Assembly (NCBI RefSeq): GCF_006345805.1
Contig: NC_043011.1
Coordinates: 16,070,464-16,134,463, forward strand
Origin: Octopus sinensis
Lineage: Eukaryota
Length of the DNA stretch: 64,000 bases
Direction: 5' to 3'
Notes under the pieces: model-generated
Told to the model about the DNA's origin: nothing
What the model saw: only the letters and a program-made list of their open reading frames with translations
Database searches by the model: none
Program-made: the position numbers and the translations under genes
Part shown: piece after piece, positions 53,801-64,000 of the stretch
Layout: every line of letters starts with the position of its first letter
Position numbering within the stretch: the first letter of the stretch is position 1

Positions 53801-55251
53801 TCATTATGACTCATCATCAATTAAATTAGTTTTAGTTAATTTGTCAATGTATAGAAGTAACGCATTTCAATCTCTCTACCAAATCTGATAAAGGTATTGA
53901 TAGAATGGAAAATATATCAATACTTAAAACCATGTGAGCGTTAGTCTTATTTTCCCGTGAACATATACCTGCCTTTTATCGATTAAGCTGAATTTGTATA
54001 TTAATATTGATTTCGATAAAATCGATAGAGAAGCGCTATGAGGCAAATCTATTTTCCTTTTATGAATACCTCTATTTCGATTAACTGCTACATAGATAAA
54101 CACTACTCTACTTAGTATTGATACATTTAATTCTAAATATTCCTCTACAGGGTGTCTGTAATTTCAAGTAGTAAAGCATGAGTTTAAAGACAAATTATAA
54201 ACCTCCTATTAAATGTCCAAATACACATTGTGCTTGCATTATCAAATTTACAGCCTTCTCTCCCAAGGTTTCCTACAATTTTTCCGATTTCATTATCGTA
54301 CAAATGGGAACTATTCCTTTTATTGCAAGTAATGTGTATATCTCAATATACTATACAATTCCAAATGCGTTTGGAATTGCTACTACTTTTTCCTAAAAGT
54401 TCATTTCTCGATTACCTTTTAATGTGCCACAATGTTATATGATTGAATATATTCCATTTTTAATATTCTCTTTTACAAATACTGTTTCATGACATATTTA
54501 TCTAGTAGAGATACTAAAGTATTTCGGAGCCAAGTAGGAGTATTCGAGCGTTTGCTTGGCTCTCCTAAATAAAAAATCTGTCAACTGAAAAAAGGTACAC
54601 ACATACGTAGGAAAAGACACGTAGTCTCTGCTGAAATGCCTTGCCATAACTTTTCTTAATGAAAACTGACTCGCGGCTAAACAACATCAACAACTAAATA
54701 CTTATCTTACACGTGACTGTAATTGGTATGTATTTTCCTCTTTGTAAACGACTGTCAAATTAAACGATAAGTAATTATATGACAATTAAATTATAGGTTA
54801 TTATGGCAACAAGAGCTATAACGCTAGTTGAACCTTTTTGATATATTTTGTTATTATATATCATGCATTTTCTTTAATACCAATCTCTTTCATTCAATGC
54901 CTTTCCCACAACGACATTTATGAGCTGGAGTTTGTAACTTTATGAGATAAATTTAGCTCCAGATAAAGAATATCGGCATTTTGTCATTGTCTAAAATATC
55001 CGAACACAAGTATTAGTGAACAATGCATTGACAAGTACAGGAATGCATGTATATACATGTCTGGATACACATACATGTATATATGCATATATATATATAT
55101 ATATACATATATAGATACATACAGAAGAAATATATACCTGAATATACTTACGCATGCATACATGCACACACATGCACACAATCAAGAACACCCCAAACAA
55201 TCACACATAAACACCCAAACGCAAACACAAACGCACATGCAAACACACACA

Positions 55252-56671
<1,420 letters not shown>

Positions 56672-56684
56672 ACTTTATTTATTA

Positions 56685-56964
56685 TGTAAAGTATAGAAGC
56701 CATCTTATCATGGCTAACCACATTGGGGAGGGGGTTGTTACAGTAGCTTTATAGCCCCAAGAGATCTTCGACTCTAGCTGGCTCTAAACACAATATCTGT
56801 GTCTTTGGAGTATTTGCAATGGCCTCCCTTTGCAAATACTTCAAAGACACAGATATTGTGTTTAGAGCCAGCTACAGACGAAGATCTCTTGGGGCTAAAA
56901 AGCAACTGTAACAACCCCCTCCCCAATGTGGTTAGCCATGATAAGATGGCTTCTATACTTTACA
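56685..56964. mobile_element. 280-bp foldback element/MITE: 135-bp inverted arms, 10-nt loop, flanked by TTA
   Basis: 56685-56819 is the reverse complement of 56830-56964 with 5 differences; loop tggcctccct; tta|tgtaaag...ctttaca|tta. Confidence 0.92.
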
Positions 56965-57282
56965 TTATCGAGCGATTACTGTTTCAATCTCATTCTGAGA
57001 TTTAATTATGTTTATTTATTATGTTACTCATTAATAAAAGCAAATTAATATTAGACTATAGTATTACTGAAAATTCGGGGAAACATACAAGTGTATTAAA
57101 TGGTTACAATATCGGAGAGAATGCGACTTTATTCGATGTAATTTAGTTGGTCAACATTTCGAAGTTACTATCATCCATCTTCTAGTATGTATGCATGTGT
57201 ATGTATGCATGTATGTATGTATCTTTCTGTGTGCCTTCCTGTCTGTCTACACCTACAGAAACATACACACATGCATATACTG

Positions 57283-57325
<43 letters not shown>

Positions 57326-58347
57326 GTTTTGAACAGCCTCCGACGACCAAATTACAACTACAACACATAAATAAATGCTACAATCGTATATAACATAACT
57401 GAAGACAATCATTAAGACCGCGTCCTACCATTGAACGCAGAAGTTTTTGATTGCAGCACGAACATACTAACAAAACAAATGTACCTACGTTCATGTACTT
57501 AAATCTAACCTTGGCATAGGAATTGAAAATTCAAACATATTTGTACGAGATTTACCTTGTAGTATTTATATTGATGCATTTCATATCCGCTCTTACGTAG
57601 TGAATAAGCAGATTATACTCACATCAATTGTATAGAAAAAGGATTTTATCTCAAGATATTGCACCAAATACTTGGTAAACAACTCACCACAGTGGATAGG
57701 TAACTGTGTTTTCACAAGTCACAAACATCCTGTTTCCGATATGTTGAGCAATGTAAAGGAGAAAGCTTCCTGGAATATATGTAGCATAATCCCACCAATC
57801 ATCTAAGAAAATGTACTTTCTTTTCGATTCTAGTAGTAAACATATGCTTGCATTCACAATGCTTGACGCTCATGCACGCATATACATACATATAATACAC
57901 ACTCACGCGTATATATATAACAATAAAAACACGTGATGTTTTTTCACACGAGAGAAATAGATAAAGAACAATAAATGCACAGAGAGAAGAAAGGAAAATA
58001 AACGCATAAATAAGAAAGGTAAAAGAGACACAAATAAGAAGTGTGTGAAGTACTGAAAATATCTATAACAGGGAGGAGTAAAAATGGAGATAGGAGGCAC
58101 ATTTTATATTCTGTAGTGACCGTATCGTAAATAATGTTTTTATATCAAGAAAATATCGTTATAAGGAAGAAGCAAAGAAAGTCTAAGATAATATAATTGA
58201 CATCAAACCGAAAGAGTAAGCAAGGCAGATAACTGGAGGGAGAACTGAAGTGTAGAGCGTAGGGGTAATTTGAAATGCTCCATAAATACGATAAGGGAGA
58301 AGGCGATTTGAGAGTCACATAAAACTTTATGCAAATTCGATTACCTG

Positions 58348-58418
<71 letters not shown>

Positions 58419-58439
58419 AAGAGAGACAGAGAGAGAGAA

Positions 58440-58472
<33 letters not shown>
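58348..58472. repeat. (GA)n polypurine tract
   Basis: Directly visible; source of the poly-ER ORF. Confidence 0.97.
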
Positions 58473-58989
58473 CAAAGGCAGATTCGTTTTCAAAGCAGGT
58501 CGATGTTGAGCATAAAAAAAAATTCACTTCGACAAAAATGTGAATTAGGAAAATAAATTAAAAGAGAAAAGTTAAGTCTCAAATGAAAGTGTTCGCAACA
58601 GAATTCCGAATAAAATTCATTAAAGTGAATTTATTACCTTGATTTTACTCTTAAATTTAACAGGTAACTTATCTCATGTATTTAGAAAACGGAAAACGTA
58701 GAATAAAACGTCAAAAACTTGCAAATAAGAGAAGTAGAAATGCAAAAGAATGCATTATGTATCAGGAGGTTCACAAATAGAACCATATACTCCTTTGCAT
58801 ATTTAAAATGACATTCCGGAATATACGGTGTTTCATATTGCCATTTAAATCTAACAACGATAGACTCTTCTTTTAATATGCATATGGAAAGCTGATTAAA
58901 CATATTCTGAAATCAAGTTATTGTAATGGGATCAAAATGAAATATATTATATCCAACTGAGCACTTGAAAAACTGAAGGTAATAATAAA

Positions 58990-59245
58990 AAAATAAATGC
59001 ACTCTCTTAAAGCCAAGCCAGGCTCATGGGCTCGGTTTCCCGGTTTCAATGACGTAAGTGTTCCCCAGCTGGACGGGACGCCAGTCCATCGCAGCGTTAC
59101 TCATTTTTGCCAGCTGGGTGAACTGGAGCAACGTGAAATGAAATGTTTTGCTGAAGAACAGAACACGTCGCCCGGTCCAGGAATAGAAACCACAATCTTA
59201 CGACCATGATGCCGACATCTTATCCACTAAGCCACGCGCCTCCAC
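58990..59245 (-). mobile_element. tRNA-derived SINE (family D, V-domain-like core)
   Basis: Minus-strand head GGAGGCGCGTGGCTTAGTGG, decayed B-box, core 'tgcgatggactggcgtcccgtccag'. Confidence 0.8.
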
Positions 59246-60386
59246 TCATATAGTAATACTAACATAAAAATATTTCATATATGCTAAAAATGTGTGTCAT
59301 GCTTGAAAGATGACAATTACAAAAATCAATGCTTCAAGTTGCTACCACCGCTAAGCAAATCGGAAAGATAATTGAACAGAATAAGCCGACATCTCAATGA
59401 GGATGTTTCCAACAAATTTTTAAAGAAAAAACATTGAAAAAGCAAAAATACTACTAAGGATAACAATGAAGCAAGGTCTTCTCAAAAATCCTCAAGATTA
59501 GAGTATGTTTGAAACGAAGAGTGAAATTTCAGGTAGAAAGAAATTTTGCAAATACACGTTACAAACCTGGAACATAAACCCACTATATCAATCCCCTACA
59601 TATGGCTAATTAGTAATTAAAAGAAAATTGGGTACACTCAGCTCTATTCATTCTTATACATAAGTGCATAAAACATTTTTCGTTACATATATTTTTTTAT
59701 TTAATTTATTTTGTATCTTTACATACGAAGCTCGATGATATTATGTTCACGAATACCTGCTTTTTCAAAATATCAAATCTATCCATTAGCCGGCTTCCAG
59801 TGGTGACACTCAGAAACATATATTTCTCACTTCCTCCCGTTAAAATTTCACAAAGTCTTGAACACGTAGCTTCATCTTGGGTGGATCGTGTTAATGCATA
59901 CAAGCTCAACATGTTGCAACTGCTTCTGTATTGTTACGTCAATAACCCTTGTAAGAAAAGCAAGACAATCAAGAAATTTTCTTTTAAGACATTAGAAAAG
60001 ATAAGTCAATACAGAAGCTTTATACACAGCAACGCTTCTGAATCTCGTTATACTCATAAAATTCAGAGTTTCGGTGGTTGTAGATTGGATGCAAATGCTC
60101 CAGACACGGCCGAGATCATTCCTACAGACAGATAATATATCTCGTCCTAAACTTAAGTTTTAACAGAATAAAAACGTTAATTCTCCAATTTCTAAATTCC
60201 AGCGTTAATAATAGCATAGTAATACACCATGCTGTGCTTTAACTATCCTTTTAATTAATTGCCTTTTTGCTCTGCTAGTGTTGTCACAAACAAATTATAG
60301 GAGCTTGGCTGGTTCGTGTATATATATATACATATTTTTGGGTCTTTCCTTCTGTCGTCTCTTTACCATGTGTGTGTGTGTGTGTG

Positions 60387-60420
<34 letters not shown>

Positions 60421-60664
60421 GTGTGTAATTTATAGCAATGATCCAGAGGAATAATTACAAGGTAGCGAAATGTGACTTAAGCATCCTAAGAAACAAAGAT
60501 CACAGTTGTGTGTGATTTGATTCTGGGATAAGTAATATTTAGGGAAGAGAAATAAGAAAAACGTTGACTATAATTCTTCCTGTCGGACGTATTTTAAATG
60601 CCTCCATGTATGTTTTACAAACGTCCTGAGCGTTTGCCTCCTTTTTCAAATGTTTCTAGATATA

Positions 60665-61046
60665 TCGTGGCACTCCGTCGGTTACGACGACGATGGCTCC
60701 AGTTTTTCCGATCAACGGAACAGCCTGCTGGTAACATTAACGTGCAAGTGTATGAGCACTCCACAGATACGTGTACCCTTAACGTAGTTCTCGGGGAGAT
60801 TCAGCGTGACACAGAGTGTGACAAGGCTGACCCTTTAAAATACAGGTACAACAAAAACAAGAAGGAAGAGTGAGAAAAATTTGTGGTGAAAGAACACAGC
60901 AGGGTTCGCCAATATCCCCTGTCGGAGCCTCGTGGAGTTCTAGGAGTTTTCGCTCAAAAAACACTCATAACGCCTGGTGTGGGAATCGAAACCGCGATCC
61001 TACGACCGCGAGATCACTACACTAATAACTGGACCATTGCACCTTC
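60665..61046 (-). mobile_element. tRNA-derived SINE (family E; same head and body as family C, different 3' tail)
   Basis: Minus-strand B-box GTTTCGATTCC; body 'gagcgaaaactcctagaactccacgaggctccg' resembles 19548-19580; tail 'gtcgtcgtaaccgacggagtgcca'. Confidence 0.8.
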
Positions 61047-61699
61047 ACACACACACACATACACACACACACACATACAAGTATGTATGTATATAGGAGA
61101 CATAATTCAAATCAGGTACCACTAATATATCAGCTTCCATAGCACTCGCTGCCTGAAAGCCTTATGAAAACACTTCAAAACAATTAAGCATTAATTCAGC
61201 ATTCCGATTGATTTTACTGACGATTCTGCTGCTCAGTATCATACTTTCGCGTCTCTTCAAAGTCTGATGGACTCATTGAACAGAGTCTATTCCCGACTCC
61301 ATTTTCAAGGGAATCAGTGAAACACTTAGCTACTTCAATTAGTTTTCTTGCCCCTCTTTCTCATCCTGTCCTCACTGATGATGCTCATCTACTGCTGACG
61401 GACTAATTACGCTATGTGACAAGAACAGATGTCCTGGACGATGAGACACTCAACTTTGAAAGTGATCAACTTCACCTCTTTCGAGAGGCTAGCAAACAAG
61501 TCTTTCGGAGCAAGAACCTTAGAGCACGTACATTAATTTACGTTCGTCGACCTGTCTGTGTATCTATCATCTTGTACAGGCCTAATTGCTGGAGCCATTA
61601 TCAGTGCCAGATCATGTGTAGGATATAGATCACCTTTATAGAATGGGTTAGCATATTATATATACGGTAGAAATGATTTAACACCACGAGCTAAATTAA

Positions 61700-61893
61700 A
61701 CGATGAGGTTGCAAGTCCGTTAGTACGATGGGCATTTCTTTAGGTCTAATATTCTGAGTTCAAAATCAGCCGAATTCGAATTTGCCTTTCATCCTCTCGG
61801 GGTTGATTAAATAAGCACCAGTCATGCACAGGAGTCGATGTAATCGACTTAGTCCCTCCCCTAAAAATTGCTGGCCTAGTGCCCAAATTTGAA
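61700..61893 (+). mobile_element. Decayed SINE family B relative
   Basis: 'ctgagttcaaa...tttgcctttcatcctctcggggttgattaaataag'; further decayed copies near 39150-39340 (-) and 51110-51350. Confidence 0.75.
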
Positions 61894-62579
61894 AGAAATG
61901 TTCACTTGCTTTTACGAAATCGTTTTCGATGAAAAGGATTTCTATAAAAATTATACAAGATTTTATATTGCATATTTTGATATGAAATATTTCGAAAGAA
62001 TATTAGTGAAATGAATCAGGTATGAAGTTCTTACAATTCATATACAAATTCTTTGTGACCTTGGATCTCGATCCCTATATATTATTTACACCTGTAAATC
62101 TAAACATAAAAGAAGCCTTATGAGTTACATGCAGCTGTTACTAAAAATATTAACAAAAGTTTGGAAAGGCAGTCGCCTTTAATTCTACAACATTAATCTC
62201 ATGACGTTTTCACGCGTTTCACTAACATAATTATGAAAGACTGCTCGTTTTTAAACTGAATTTTATTTCTTTATTTTATATCTAAATTCAATATTCTTTT
62301 TCAATTCACGATATGTTTAGGAATCAGGAATTCCCTATTAGTCATTTATTTATCTAGTGTTTGATATTATATCTCTAATTCTATATTGTCGCGAAGAAAG
62401 ATTACTATCAGTCCCAGAAAGTAATTCAATTTTATAGACATAGATTGCAATTTTTCAGCAATTTAATGATACTCGGTAAGACTAAGTAAGCCACAATATT
62501 CACAGAAAATATTTGCGAGGATATTATAAGCGAATAGTACTGTCGGATAGCAAAATTAAATTTTAGTGTATTTGTTATA

Positions 62580-63000
<421 letters not shown>

Positions 63001-63711
63001 GGGGGTACGCGCACGCGTATGTTGTGGAGATCGCAATTCAATAGAATTCAAATTAAATTTCTGGAACTCGCGAGTAGGTTCACAAGACGTCTCGATGTTT
63101 GGTTTACGCTATTATTATTCTTGAGTTTTACAGTTGGAATAACACAGACTTCACACCTATCTGGATTACCACTGTGTTTTCCTCTTTGCGAGTAAACTAG
63201 AAAAGTATAGTGAATCACAGACATCACGCCTATCTGGAATATTACTCTATTCGTTGTATGTAAACAATAGAAATATAACAAACTGGCGTCGCCGATAGGA
63301 TATTGTCGTCATCTTTGTAAAGTGAACTTCTTACGATAGGATACGAAAGACTTTTCTTGCGGAGTGGACGGTTTACCTCGACACGGAGATTAAATTATTT
63401 GAAATCTAAAAAGTCAGTTTTGAACATAAGTTTAATTTTAAATAAAATAATAATGTTTTATATTTTATTTCAACGGCCAATTTGGTGAGAAAAACGTTTG
63501 CAAAAAATGGACGTAAATACATTATACTCTTGGATGATATTAGAGCTGACAAAAACAAAATTTTACGAGGAGGACTAAGCTTATAGTCTAAGAGAAATAG
63601 TAAAAAGGAAGGGTAAGGAAAAGTATTATGTGGAATTTACATGGCGTCTGAGGATACGTAATGAAAGTGGCATTAATTATAGCAGTTTATGCATTATAGT
63701 ATATATATATA

Positions 63712-63746
<35 letters not shown>

Positions 63747-63942
63747 CGAGCTTCAATGTACGTTGTATTTAACAGAAACATGCATATATCCTACAAAGTT
63801 CTGAATCAGCACCTATTTACTGCTTATTATACTTTGCAAACACCGGGCTCATTCTTAACATTCTAGCCTATACCGAGTTCGGTTGCCTGTTACATCTTAC
63901 TGTCATTGCTTGATACATTTTCCCACCGTTACACAGAACCAC

Positions 63943-63993
<51 letters not shown>

Positions 63994-64000
63994 TATATAT

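Noticed and set aside
57396-57430. CTGAAGA...GTC motif
   Set aside because: No GAAA and no stem I pairing.

Overview
AT-rich, repeat-dominated animal genomic DNA. The SINE families and very dense (TA)n/(AAT)n/(TAG)n/(CA)n microsatellites point to an octopod cephalopod (inference from recalled repeat consensus sequences, not a database result). I find no supportable intact host gene, rRNA, tRNA or CRISPR array, so the window looks intronic or intergenic. Nearly all ORFs in the supplied track are microsatellite, SINE or decayed-transposon artefacts. Identifiable content: decayed R4/Dong-type (RT + restriction-like endonuclease) LINEs sitting in (AAT)n tracts, including a stack of three; Penelope-like RT; CR1/Jockey-group, RTE and L1/Tx1 relics; a decayed mariner; a MULE transposase relic; several tRNA-derived SINE families; a 280-bp near-perfect foldback element; and a 536-bp unclassified element present twice inside (AAT)n. 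The most interesting signal is a set of type I hammerhead ribozyme motifs in short non-coding elements next to (TA)n tracts. These include a head-to-tail ~344-bp dimer with one hammerhead per monomer (a retrozyme-like structure, ~20085-20772), a hammerhead with a complete catalytic core at 42352-42424, and a near-complete one at 26337-26389. All structures were read by eye and are untested.
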